DNA of 64,000 nt from a virus. Made by a program: the position numbers and the translations under genes. Positions within the stretch are counted from its first letter, which is position 1; each line of letters starts with the position of its first letter. The stretch lies in the IMG/VR virus record IMGVR_UViG_3300044213_000170, positions 64,001-128,000 of that record. The stretch is one strand, 5' to 3'. Of this stretch, positions 1 to 9,424 are shown one piece after another. Under the pieces are notes generated by a model. That model was not told the DNA's origin. It searched no databases and saw only the letters and a program-made list of their open reading frames with translations.

Positions 1-286
1 TCCTAAGTAATTCTTGTCCGGCACCTTTGGTGTAACTCCATATAGTGTAAAATACCATAGTGTCTAAATCAATCGACGGATTCAACAGATCGTCTTCATT
101 AGACGGAACCCCGTGACACAACTTTGTACACACCATTGCTTTAACTTGATTATCATCGTCATCAAGTAATGCATAAACAAAGCGGTCAATGCCAAATCGG
201 AATTCATGAGGTATATGCGGCCTTACTGGGTCCTCGTTGAGATGTTTTGATAACGGATCATCTATTCCGGTCAAAGTGTAAATCAT
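1..286 (-). CDS. Hypothetical protein, 3' end outside the window (MIYTLTGIDDPLSKHLNEDPVRPHIP...)
   Basis: Manual translation from ATG at 286, open to the window edge; not in the ORF track. Confidence 0.65.
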   Translation of the reverse strand, partial: MIYTLTGIDDPLSKHLNEDPVRPHIPHEFRFGIDRFVYALLDDDDNQVKAMVCTKLCHGVPSNEDDLLNPSIDLDTMVFYTIWSYTKGAGQELLR

Positions 287-329
287 AATTTATTTTACTG
301 TTAATAAAGTCAAATGTCAACCTTGCAAC

Positions 330-1076
330 TTACGATTTAGTTGCCATTAGTTTTTTGATTAACCATACACTATAATCGTTTATGTTGCCCGAGCCGTAAT
401 CATACAATCCAGGAGTGTCATGATGGTTTTTATGTAAAAATACCGGGTTGATAAATCTAGCTGCCCACGATACATTGACTGGAATAGGCACATTATCCGG
501 TCCGAATGTATGCCCGAAACTATTTAATAAACATAACTTATGGAAGTTCAGAATAGCGCCCAACAACACAGAAATAAAAATAAAATTCGATAAGGCAAAC
601 AATATACCAAAGAAAGTCACTGGTATTATGGAATTATACTTTCTCAGATTTTTCATCCATTTGTACTCTCTTGCCAAATCCTTAACTATAAATGCGTTAC
701 TTGAACTTGAGTGATCGTCTAAGAACCAGCCGTAATATGCATACCATCGGCCGTTTTTTAATGTATGGGGATCTCGATCTGTGTCACTAAACTTGTGATT
801 CGTTCTGTGAGTTGCTACCCAAGATACCGGGTCCCCCACTAAGGAACATAAATTAATTGCTGTTACTAACGGTGTAACCCACGGTTTAGGTGTAAATGCT
901 TTATGACTCAACATCTTATGATAGCCCGCACTGCTAGCGAAATCACAAATAAAAAATACCATCACAGCACTTAATATAACATAAAAATTAATGTCGATGA
1001 ATATTAATCCCAATATCAATGCTAAATGCATTAATGGGATTATAAACTTGTAAAGATAGCTGGGTTTGTATTTCAT
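330..1076 (-). CDS. Membrane fatty acid desaturase-like protein (delta-9 acyl-CoA/acyl-lipid family)
   Basis: His boxes HKMLSH, HRTNH (variant), HKNHH; hydrophobic TM segments; SDTDRDPH motif. Confidence 0.85.
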   Translation of the reverse strand: MKYKPSYLYKFIIPLMHLALILGLIFIDINFYVILSAVMVFFICDFASSAGYHKMLSHKAFTPKPWVTPLVTAINLCSLVGDPVSWVATHRTNHKFSDTDRDPHTLKNGRWYAYYGWFLDDHSSSSNAFIVKDLAREYKWMKNLRKYNSIIPVTFFGILFALSNFIFISVLLGAILNFHKLCLLNSFGHTFGPDNVPIPVNVSWAARFINPVFLHKNHHDTPGLYDYGSGNINDYSVWLIKKLMATKS

Positions 1077-1792
1077 TTTTTTAATAGGTTGACTAGTATG
1101 TTTCCGGCGTCTAACATATAAAATTTATCACCGAAAACAGGATCTGTAGGCTTGTCATGATGTTTGTCATGAATCCATTCTCCGCCTAGCGGCAATATAT
1201 ATTCCATATACCATTTGTTAGTTGCACCGGTCGAATTGTGACTAAATGTGCGATGAATGCCTTCTACTAGATGTAAAGTAAACCAAGGAACTAGTAACAT
1301 CCATACTGTCAATTTAAAATTAATAAGAGTTAATAGCACCAGCGGAATTAAAGTAAACAACACAGCATTTCTTCTTACCATATCATGACGATCATTATAA
1401 AACCATTTAGCATTCGCTGCATAGCGCAAACTAGTAGGATTTTTATAAAACGCTGTCAGAATTCCTTTAAGGCCTTTGATGTGGGTGTCCCGGTCAGTAT
1501 CTGCGTGTGCATGGTGTGCGGTATGTAAAAAACTCCAGCTAATCGGACAAGCAAATCCATAAATCATGGGAAATAGCGAAAACCAAAACATAGTATTTGG
1601 ATTGGCATCAAATGCCCTGTGGCAAAAATATCTATGAGTAACTGCACTGAAAATACTAATTGTAATAACGTGAATAATTACGGATACCAGAAACCAGTTC
1701 CACTCCCATATAAACAAGCTGTATAAAAATCCTAAGGCAGATACCCAATATAGTGCGGTGGCTTTTTTATTATCTAATGTAAACATATTCAC
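1073..1792 (-). CDS. Membrane fatty acid desaturase-like protein
   Basis: His boxes HRYFCH, HTAHH, HDKHH; ADTDRDTH; GEW motif. Confidence 0.88.
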   Translation of the reverse strand: MNMFTLDNKKATALYWVSALGFLYSLFIWEWNWFLVSVIIHVITISIFSAVTHRYFCHRAFDANPNTMFWFSLFPMIYGFACPISWSFLHTAHHAHADTDRDTHIKGLKGILTAFYKNPTSLRYAANAKWFYNDRHDMVRRNAVLFTLIPLVLLTLINFKLTVWMLLVPWFTLHLVEGIHRTFSHNSTGATNKWYMEYILPLGGEWIHDKHHDKPTDPVFGDKFYMLDAGNILVNLLKK

Positions 1793-2502
1793 TCCTTAAT
1801 AACTTCACTTCTGTATACTTTTTTAGTCGGTGTTACTGCGCTGATTATTTCCATAGTATCGACTGTACGCATAACTGTCAACCCGGGATGTATTAAACAT
1901 CCTTGTTTTAAAATCAAATCGTTTTTACTATTGCTGGGTTTTAATACTCTACTGCCTATTCCAACATAGACGTCGTCTTCAAGTGTGATAAAAGATGCTA
2001 CGATAACGCCTCGTTGAAGTACAATATTATTACCGTAATTGCTGTGGTGACCTAATATTGTTCCTGCTTGAAATGCACAATAATTTCCTATTTTGGTGTA
2101 TGCCGACAATATAGAATTAATACCAAAAAAATTACCTTTGCCGATAGTAGTAGCGCGGTTACTTAAATTAGCACTAGGATGTATAAGGTTAATGACGTTT
2201 AACGAATATTGTTCTGCAAGAGCAATGAAATTTTTTCGTTTATCGGCATCTCTATCCATCCCATACACCCAATTACTGCCAACGAACCAATTGTAATTGT
2301 CTTTTTCTTTTTCAAAATCAAAAGTTTTTTCGGAATATTTAACAGGAATGCCACTGATTGCATCAGTATTACCATAATAATCGCTATCCATTATAGCTGC
2401 AGATACTCCTCCCAATTCTTCGTATAAATCTGCATATAAAAATATTGCAGTATTAGATCCCATTAATATTAACGGTTTTGAAAAATCAATTTTATTGTTC
2501 AT
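1789..2502 (-). CDS. Hexapeptide-repeat (LbH) acyltransferase, NeuD/PglD-like
   Basis: NLIHPSA followed by IGKGN/IGNYC/LEDDVYVG hexapeptide repeats. Confidence 0.8.
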   Translation of the reverse strand: MNNKIDFSKPLILMGSNTAIFLYADLYEELGGVSAAIMDSDYYGNTDAISGIPVKYSEKTFDFEKEKDNYNWFVGSNWVYGMDRDADKRKNFIALAEQYSLNVINLIHPSANLSNRATTIGKGNFFGINSILSAYTKIGNYCAFQAGTILGHHSNYGNNIVLQRGVIVASFITLEDDVYVGIGSRVLKPSNSKNDLILKQGCLIHPGLTVMRTVDTMEIISAVTPTKKVYRSEVIKE

Positions 2503-3305
2503 GGCCGGCTCCTGTCATGAATCTTTGTAGCCAGTAAAGGAATTAAATATTTTGCAATGTCAAATTCGTACCATCGTTCGCTATCATGAAATCTACCTGG
2601 CGCATGGTGATGATTATTTTGTAGTGCTCCACTGCCTTGCCAGAATATCCAGCTCAACCACCAAATATTAGTACTATGATCGCCGTTGTCATAACGTTGA
2701 CTACCTATTCTGTGGGCAGCAGAATTTGTAATACAAGTGAAGTGCCATCCTATAAACCCGGCCAAGCCCATACTAAAAATTAAAATTCTGAAATCTATTA
2801 GAGCTAAAATTATAGCCAAACCCCACCAAATAGATATTTTGTATTTTTCTAATCTCGGATAAAATTTATCTTTCAGCAAGTGACGGGTGGCCATTAATAC
2901 TGGACTGCTTATTTTTATAGTGGAAAGATACCAACCCAAGTATGCGTGAAAAAATCCTTTTGTAGGAGTATGAAAATCTTTGTCAGTATCACTAAAAGCA
3001 TGATGTATGATGTGAATACTAGCGAATCCCATAGGGCTACCGAAACCACCCATCAATGCCATAATGCTAAAAAATTTTGCAACTAGCGGATGGCATTCGA
3101 ACGTTTTATGTGCAAAGTATCTATGTAAAAAAATGCCTTCGCCTATTACATAAAATAAGAGCCAAGAAACAAAGGTCAATAGTAACCAGTAATAGCTTGC
3201 AGTATAATAAAGATATACAATCGACGATATGGCCAGTATATGTTGCGGAACTATTACTAAAAGAAAAAATCTCAATAAGGATGTGGTGTTTGAATTATGT
3301 GACAT
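2499..3305 (-). CDS. Membrane fatty acid desaturase-like protein
   Basis: His boxes HRYFAH, HIIHH, QNNHH; SDTDKDFHTP; NSAAH. Confidence 0.88.
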   Translation of the reverse strand: MSHNSNTTSLLRFFLLVIVPQHILAISSIVYLYYTASYYWLLLTFVSWLLFYVIGEGIFLHRYFAHKTFECHPLVAKFFSIMALMGGFGSPMGFASIHIIHHAFSDTDKDFHTPTKGFFHAYLGWYLSTIKISSPVLMATRHLLKDKFYPRLEKYKISIWWGLAIILALIDFRILIFSMGLAGFIGWHFTCITNSAAHRIGSQRYDNGDHSTNIWWLSWIFWQGSGALQNNHHHAPGRFHDSERWYEFDIAKYLIPLLATKIHDRSRP

Positions 3306-3710
3306 GTCATGAAAAATCTAATTAGTTATTTTACTATGAGTTATCAGAGATGTCAATTCTCTGCATACGGTCGGCGTTCCAAGCATATGTATGTTGGTAA
3401 AAAGGTCACTACCTTAGGCGTCAAATTAAACCCGACGTCGATTCGATTAATCGGCGCTACTGCAATATTATTTAGCAAATGTCTGTTTTTTAGAAAAGAT
3501 TCAGACTTTTAATCATTATATCATATTAGATAACATAATATCATGATATAAATATTTTTGTGAAAAGATACAGTAATTTAACCCCGCAGGGTCTACATTT
3601 TCACTTATCACTGAGTGATACTGGTGTTTGTTGTATCATCGTTTATGATGTGTTTGGCGATGATACCGTAATACGATTTTTTACCAGTTCAGTAGATGCA
3701 CTTAGATTTG

Positions 3711-4103
3711 TCAACAATCTCTGACCCAGCTGCCGGTGTCTTTATAACTATATTCAAAACTATAATCTGGCCAAGCATAAGATACCCAAGATTGCTCAGA
3801 TGTCTGATTAAATTTAAAATCAAAATCTGCGTCCCAATTACCTTCGGGATCTATATTAAAACTAAGAACAGCATTTAGATCACAAGCCAAACGATGACCT
3901 AGTTCGTGCATATCAAATGTCGGCTCGTAAGTAATAGACATCTTATAAGGATCGATTGCTCTCCATAGAGTTCTGAATAACGGCCAAACTTCATTCATTA
4001 CGCTATTGGCAAATTCTCCCCGATCAGAATTGATTATGTTATAGTTAAATTCTTTTGCGGGCGTGGCTTGGCTAACGTTGCCATAGATCGGGCCATAACC
4101 CAA
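3711..4103 (-). CDS. Hypothetical protein (start uncertain; may be frameshift-linked to the 4034-4240 ORF)
   Basis: 130-aa ORF with a TTG start. Confidence 0.4.
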   Translation of the reverse strand: MGYGPIYGNVSQATPAKEFNYNIINSDRGEFANSVMNEVWPLFRTLWRAIDPYKMSITYEPTFDMHELGHRLACDLNAVLSFNIDPEGNWDADFDFKFNQTSEQSWVSYAWPDYSFEYSYKDTGSWVRDC

Positions 4104-4325
4104 TCTTTACTTTCACTGGATGTATCTGCTGGGATTGGTAATGTTTCGATTGCTTTCTTTTCGACTATAGGAATCGATTTATTAAATTTTTGCATAGCGA
4201 ATTTTAAGCGATAGTTTTTTTGTGACAGGATTACTATCAACCCCGAACATACAGCCCATCCCGCGTTTCGTATGTTGCGGAAGCAGAAATTCTATTCTAA
4301 TAGAGGTGCGGGTCTGCTCTTGTAT

Positions 4326-4931
4326 TTACATTGTAGGACCGTTACCGTTACGGAAACCGACTTCGCCGCCTTCTTCTCGAATACGTTTAATAACATCTTC
4401 AAATAAGATAGGTGCAAAGTCTGGAAGTTGTTCTACGCAAACACAATGGTAACGAACATCGTTCTCATCGCTGTACAAAATTTCTCCAGTCCTGGCATCA
4501 ACACCGCGAGCCCGCTTAACACGATTTGCGTGTAAGTGCCCGTGAATGTTGGTGCCAAACCGACCTAAGCTATCACTGTGTACAGGAATATGGCTTAAGA
4601 TCATACCGTCCATAACGTGGTAAGCACGAAGTTCACGGAAGTATTGCCTGTACTCGTCATCCTTAAAGATGTCGTGGTTACCACGGATTAAAACTTTGTC
4701 GCCGTTTAAGCGGGCTAATGTACTCATGGCCTTACGGTTGATAACAACGTCACCTAAGTGATAGACCTTGTCTGTGGGCTTGACTCTTTCGTTCCAAGCC
4801 TTGACCATAGCCTCATCCATCTCGGCAGGATCAGTCCAAGGACGTAATTTTGTAACACCGTCGTTACGTGTGAAGCGACATACACCTGCGTGACCAAAGT
4901 GTGTGTCGCTTACTAAAAATACACTAGGCAT
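4326..4931 (-). CDS. Calcineurin-like metallophosphoesterase
   Basis: SDTHFGH, HLGD, GNHD, SH and HGHLH motifs. Confidence 0.9.
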   Translation of the reverse strand: MPSVFLVSDTHFGHAGVCRFTRNDGVTKLRPWTDPAEMDEAMVKAWNERVKPTDKVYHLGDVVINRKAMSTLARLNGDKVLIRGNHDIFKDDEYRQYFRELRAYHVMDGMILSHIPVHSDSLGRFGTNIHGHLHANRVKRARGVDARTGEILYSDENDVRYHCVCVEQLPDFAPILFEDVIKRIREEGGEVGFRNGNGPTM

Positions 4932-4957
4932 ATTCGTTTCCTTTATCTTTAACCAGT

Positions 4958-5242
4958 TTATCGCTTCACAGGCTTGATGCCATCAAACCCCCAATCATCA
5001 AGTGCTTGATTGTAGTGCCAGTTTTCGCCAAACTCATCATCTTCGTAGTAGACATGTTCACTGTTGCCAGCACGATCCACATCGTTTTTATCGTAGCCGT
5101 AACTGTCGTATCCTTCAGGATCGTATTGGTGGTAAGTAACTTCATTTTCACCAGTATACTTGCGCCACCAATCTTGATCCTTCATGTATGCGGCAGTAAC
5201 AGTAGGGCTATACTTTCCACGCATTTTATCCTCACTTATCAA
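4958..5242 (-). CDS. Hypothetical protein with YDxxGYD repeats
   Basis: ORF packed in the operon. Confidence 0.7.
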   Translation of the reverse strand: MISEDKMRGKYSPTVTAAYMKDQDWWRKYTGENEVTYHQYDPEGYDSYGYDKNDVDRAGNSEHVYYEDDEFGENWHYNQALDDWGFDGIKPVKR

Positions 5243-5594
5243 AATAGCTTTTGTCGGCGAACTTCTTTTTCAAGCGTTCGTATTCTTTGCGCTCTTTTTC
5301 TTCTTTAGTTGCCTTCCATTCTTTAGCCTTTGCTTTGGCTTTCTTTTCTTCGGCCATACGCTTGGCAAACTCTTTGTCAGTTTCAAGACGGCGTTCCCGC
5401 AACTTCAGTTCTTTGCCACCATCGTATCCATAACTCGTAACATTAAAGTAAATGTCACGGCCTTCATATTCCTTTTTGAAACTTTCTGCAGCTTCGATTA
5501 CTTGATCGGGAGTCTTTCCATTAAGAATATCATCGAAGTCAACATATCCATCGACTCCGCCAACTTCAACATCTAAAATTTTACGCTTACTCAT
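5232..5594 (-). CDS. Hypothetical protein
   Basis: ORF with SD-like AGGA upstream; charged C-terminal helix. Confidence 0.75.
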   Translation of the reverse strand: MSKRKILDVEVGGVDGYVDFDDILNGKTPDQVIEAAESFKKEYEGRDIYFNVTSYGYDGGKELKLRERRLETDKEFAKRMAEEKKAKAKAKEWKATKEEKERKEYERLKKKFADKSYFDK

Positions 5595-5608
5595 TTCCTA
5601 ACATCCTC

Positions 5609-6277
5609 TTACCAAAGTAATTCAAAATTACCCGCTAATACTTTTTTGGTACTAGCAGCCTTATCTGTTCTGTGATCCTTAACAACATCGTCTTGGAATC
5701 TGTAGGTGCGGATTTTGTCGCCCCGCATACCAGATCCGACTTGTTGCTTTCTATCACTTGCTATTGTATTATTATACTGCCTTTTTACCAAATTGTCAAC
5801 CGTTTCTAAGATAGTACTTTTTGCTTGGTCTAGGCTGTTTTGACGGCTACGGCATTGTGCTGTGGCTGTTATGCCCGTAGGGATATGAGTTATCCGGCAA
5901 CTGTTTTGGTGTTTGTTGCGATGTTGCCCGCCGGCACCCGTGCCCGAATACCATTCTATTTTTAGATCAGCATCCATCACCTTTATCTTTGGTGCGCTTT
6001 GGTCTATGACTGCCACGGTCACGGTGCTAGTATGGACTCGACCCTTTCGTTCCGTTGGAGGTATACGCTGTATGCGATGTCCCCCACACTCGTTTTCTAA
6101 GCCGGATAAATCAGTACCCTCGACAAGTATATGAACTTCGCCAAGATATTCATTTATCAGGCGGGTAGTTCAGCCCTTGCTGTGTGCGAATTTAATGTAG
6201 GCCTGTGCCAAGTCTTTAACAAATAACTTACTGTCCTCACCGCCTTCTGCGGCTCTGATCTCCAATGTGCGTTTCAT
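5609..6277 (-). CDS. Class I peptide chain release factor-like protein (RF1-type PxT motif, GGQ, lacks domain 1) with an in-frame TGA at codon 36
   Basis: ATG at 6277 (TAATG overlap with the upstream stop) is in frame with the 5609-6022 ORF: MKRTLEIRAAEGGEDSKLF...SKG*TTRLI...ECGGHRIQRIPPTERKGRVHTSTVTVAV...SGTGAGGQHRNK...KIRTYRF; TGA at 6170-6172. Confidence 0.85.
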
Positions 6278-6504
6278 TATACTCTCTCCTTTTTAACGCG
6301 GCCTATTCGGCTTGCTTTGTTCCAATCGTATTTAACACCATCTGGGCAAAAACCGTCTTTAACAGAGTCTACTCCAAACTTACCAACAATTTCAAAGTTG
6401 TCACCGACAATTCTTACGAATTCGTTCATGTGCTTGGCAACATTCATTGCCTCATTCAAAGTTAAAACCTTTAAGGTTTCTTCCTTACCTATTATCTTAA
6501 ACAT
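6277..6504 (-). CDS. Hypothetical protein (likely start MFKIIG at 6504)
   Basis: TAATG-coupled to both neighbours. Confidence 0.7.
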   Translation of the reverse strand: MFKIIGKEETLKVLTLNEAMNVAKHMNEFVRIVGDNFEIVGKFGVDSVKDGFCPDGVKYDWNKASRIGRVKKERV

Positions 6505-6713
6505 TACCAATAACTTCTTTCGTATTCGGTTAGGTTGTCTTCTTGAGTAGCAGCCTTCATTAGTTTTTGGAAATCCATTCTCCAACGGCGCTCGTACTCT
6601 ACCTGATGCTCTAATCTTTCTTTTTCTTGTTTTAAAGCTTCATTACATTTCTTGAACTTGTCTAATTCAGTTTCTAACCGTTTAATCTTCTTTTCTTCGG
6701 GTGTTTGTGCCAT
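6504..6713 (-). CDS. Small coiled-coil hypothetical protein
   Basis: SD AAGGAG upstream; coupled to the next gene. Confidence 0.7.
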   Translation of the reverse strand: MAQTPEEKKIKRLETELDKFKKCNEALKQEKERLEHQVEYERRWRMDFQKLMKAATQEDNLTEYERSYW

Positions 6714-7638
6714 TAGATATCTCCTTTACTTTCCAACCCATTGAACTCTTTATATCACCAGAAATCAACTTCGATATATTCCCAATCTTATGCTTTTCTT
6801 TCATTTCAACTCTGGTACATTTTTCGATGAGTCCCGACTCGTGTGTAAATTCATAAATTCTTTTATCTGCCTTGACATGGTTTAAACCTTCTCGGGTATT
6901 TCGTCCCTTGTTCCAGCCATCTTTTATGGCTTGCGATCTTGTTTCTTTAAACTTAGTATCTTTCCACAAATTCAACATTTTAGTTTTATTTCTTTCTTTG
7001 GCAGCGGGAGTAGTCTGAGCCAGTTTAGATGATATTCTGTGTTTTTCTTTCACTATAGGATCTGCCATTGTCAATGCCCGTTTTGACAAAACTTCGGGTT
7101 TATTTTGAACAACTTTTTGAATGTCACTGAGTTCCTTTTTCTTTTTTGGATCATTCATTGTTTTAGTTATCGCATCTGTCACTTTTACTCGATACGATTC
7201 ATTGTTCCACCTTGCTTTTGCTACTTCACTTTTTTTCTTCTTTATATCTGGTCTACTCTGTGCTTCTTTCTGTCGCATTGATCTAAGTTCTTTTGCCCCG
7301 GGTTTTTGCCACATATCTTTGGCAGTTTGACTACTCATTCCACCTTCCAACCCATCTTCATTTTTTAAGTTCGCCCAATCATTAGATTCCACTATATTAA
7401 ATAGTTCCGAAAAAAATAATGCGAATTCTTTCAGATCATCGGGGTCATAAAATAGTTCGCTAACCCATTCAGTTATTACTTGTTGCGTTCCATACTTTTT
7501 AATATGTGCTGTCCACCTTACTCCCGATCCGTTATATTTTAAGTAATTCGCCCTGGTCGTTTTACAAAAATAGCGTAGCCCAGTTATCGTATGTCTCTTT
7601 ACCATCAATCTAGTTGGTTTAAATAGTTTATTTTTCAT
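6682..7638 (-). CDS. Free-standing GIY-YIG-like (Seg-type) homing endonuclease with basic DNA-binding repeats
   Basis: N-terminal LMVKRHTITGLRYFCKT...YNGSG...WANL; K/R-rich repeats; TAAATA just upstream. Confidence 0.7.
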   Translation of the reverse strand: MKNKLFKPTRLMVKRHTITGLRYFCKTTRANYLKYNGSGVRWTAHIKKYGTQQVITEWVSELFYDPDDLKEFALFFSELFNIVESNDWANLKNEDGLEGGMSSQTAKDMWQKPGAKELRSMRQKEAQSRPDIKKKKSEVAKARWNNESYRVKVTDAITKTMNDPKKKKELSDIQKVVQNKPEVLSKRALTMADPIVKEKHRISSKLAQTTPAAKERNKTKMLNLWKDTKFKETRSQAIKDGWNKGRNTREGLNHVKADKRIYEFTHESGLIEKCTRVEMKEKHKIGNISKLISGDIKSSMGWKVKEISNGTNTRRKED

Positions 7639-7646
7639 AAACTTAT

Positions 7647-8063
7647 TTATTCCGAATAAGTCAACCCCAACACTTTCATCATCTTGTGCTTGACTAGCAG
7701 GTTGGGGCTACGAAAAGCCTCGGCATCCTGAAAGCCCATCATTACACCAACCTCTGCCACAGCACCACTGCGGCAAACACCGGCGTGGCAATGAACAACC
7801 ACATCACTACGATTAAGCAGAGCCTGCTTGAGTATCAACACCAAACTATTTGCTTGATGGTCATTGATTTTGAAGTCATCGTCAAAAGGATCATCACGTT
7901 CTGCATCTAAGAATTGAAACTGATGAATACTACCGAACTTGTGCAATGGTGTAGGGAACTCCATACACGGGTCAACAATTTGGATCAATACACTATTTTC
8001 ACCAACATTAATGTGATGACCTTTTGGTATATCTCTAAGTGCTACGTTTTGAATCCAAGGCAT
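7647..8063 (-). CDS. Protein tyrosine/dual-specificity phosphatase-like protein
   Basis: HCHAGVCRS (HCxxGxxRS) P-loop. Confidence 0.85.
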   Translation of the reverse strand: MPWIQNVALRDIPKGHHINVGENSVLIQIVDPCMEFPTPLHKFGSIHQFQFLDAERDDPFDDDFKINDHQANSLVLILKQALLNRSDVVVHCHAGVCRSGAVAEVGVMMGFQDAEAFRSPNLLVKHKMMKVLGLTYSE

Positions 8064-8112
8064 AATTTAAACTCCTAAGTAGTATTATAGCATCAATTTG
8101 AATTAAAAGCAA

Positions 8113-8146
8113 CCAAAAAAAAATCCCGGAAATCCCGGGATATTTA
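8113..8146 (-). terminator. Probable intrinsic terminator after tRNA-Gly
   Basis: ATCCCGG inverted repeat followed by a U-run on the minus strand. Confidence 0.6.
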
Positions 8147-8149
8147 AAG

Positions 8150-8225
8150 TGGAGCGGGATATCAGGTTCGAACTGACGACCTAGTGCTTGGCAAGCACTC
8201 GCTCTACCAACTGAGCTAATCCCGC
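8150..8225 (-). tRNA. tRNA-Gly(GCC)
   Basis: Cloverleaf, loop TTGCCAA, encoded CCA. Confidence 0.95.
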
Positions 8226-8234
8226 AAAAAATCT

Positions 8235-8310
8235 TGGTGCCCCTTGTCCGACTCGAACAGACCACCTACTGATTACAAATCAGTTGCTCTACCAGATGAG
8301 CTAAAGGGGC
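8235..8310 (-). tRNA. tRNA-Thr(TGT)
   Basis: Cloverleaf, loop TTTGTAA, CCA. Confidence 0.95.
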
Positions 8311-8440
8311 TAACAGATCAATTTGACAACATAACATAACATAATATATCATAATACGTAAATTGTTCGTCTCTTTACAGAGTGTGTTGTTAAATTGTCT
8401 TTACTAACTATTTATTAAAGAAAAATCTATCGTTAAAATT

Positions 8441-8530
8441 TGGCGGAGCGACTGGGAGTCGAACCCAGTCACCGTCTTTCAACGGTGTACGGATTAGCAA
8501 TCCGCTGCCTTACCGTTCGGCCACCGCTCC
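8441..8530 (-). tRNA. tRNA-Ser(GCT)
   Basis: Cloverleaf with long variable arm, CCA. Confidence 0.95.
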
Positions 8531-8549
8531 TATTATCATATTATTTATT

Positions 8550-9388
8550 GCTCTGCATCCCTCGGCGGTAATTATACCTCTCAAGCCTTTTGCCGTCACT
8601 TGAAATATACAGGCATGACCCATATACTCCATCAGGTTACTTGACTATCACAGAGGCCGCCACCCGCTTCCCGACAGGGACCGTTCACGCATTGCCAGCG
8701 GCCTTTTGGTTCGAAGACTACCACCCGTGGGGCACGACCACCACTTCTCCTTCATCCGGGTCAGACTAGCTCAGCGTTACCCGAGCGGGTTCTTTCTCAG
8801 ACGCCACCGTTCTTTAGCGGCGTCTGATATTTTCTTCTTCTGTTCTTCAGACATTATTTTGGATCTTGTCTCCCAAGACTTTTTTGTTGTCTCACTTAAC
8901 TTTTGTCTAACTTCTTCAGTGTGGCAATTTGGGTAGCTACGTCTTTTATTAGCGTTGCTTATTTTTTGTCTAGTTTCAACACTAGTAATTTTTCCTCTTT
9001 TCGAACTACCTTTTTTCCAATTAGATTCTGGTGAAGTTCCTGAAGAACCTTCACCACCATTAGTCATATTCTTTAATATGCCTGTTCCTAAATCTTGTCT
9101 TCCATATTTTGAAATTAATTCAGTTTCTAAGTTAAATGCTTCCTGTTCAGACAAATTTTCATGTAACAGAACTATTCTCTTATAGTTTTTTGGAGTATGA
9201 ACTCCCCTACCATTAACACGATGCTGTTCCCAGGCACGCCGTTCTTTACCCTTACCAATATAGTAAGGTGAACCATCTTCTCTTAGATAAGCATAAACAT
9301 AGTATTCATTCATACTATTATTTATGTCAACCGGGTCATACCACCATCCTGCGGGTCACAGTATCTGCTGATTAGGCAGAACGTCTTT
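8550..9388 (-). ncRNA. Putative structured ncRNA split by a GIY-YIG ORF
   Basis: GC-rich non-coding segments 8550-8776 and 9325-9388 flank the ORF; possible long-range pairing GGUAUGACCC/GGGUCAUGCC across it. Confidence 0.5.
8777..9313 (-). CDS. GIY-YIG homing endonuclease with NUMOD3-like repeats
   Basis: YYVYAY...PYYIGKG...R...E...N; ETRQKIS/EEVRQKLS repeats. Confidence 0.9.
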   Translation of the reverse strand: MNEYYVYAYLREDGSPYYIGKGKERRAWEQHRVNGRGVHTPKNYKRIVLLHENLSEQEAFNLETELISKYGRQDLGTGILKNMTNGGEGSSGTSPESNWKKGSSKRGKITSVETRQKISNANKRRSYPNCHTEEVRQKLSETTKKSWETRSKIMSEEQKKKISDAAKERWRLRKNPLG

Positions 9389-9424
9389 AAATATTTCTAA
9401 CTTATATGTATTATACAAAATTAA

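Noticed and set aside
3711-4240. Programmed frameshift joining the 4034-4240 and 3711-4103 ORFs
   Set aside because: No clear slippery site or recognisable homology; cannot be separated from a spurious overlap
8550-9388. Group I intron, RNase P RNA or tmRNA
   Set aside because: I could not find P/Q/R/S elements, the GAGGAAAGUCC motif, or a tag frame with tRNA-like ends
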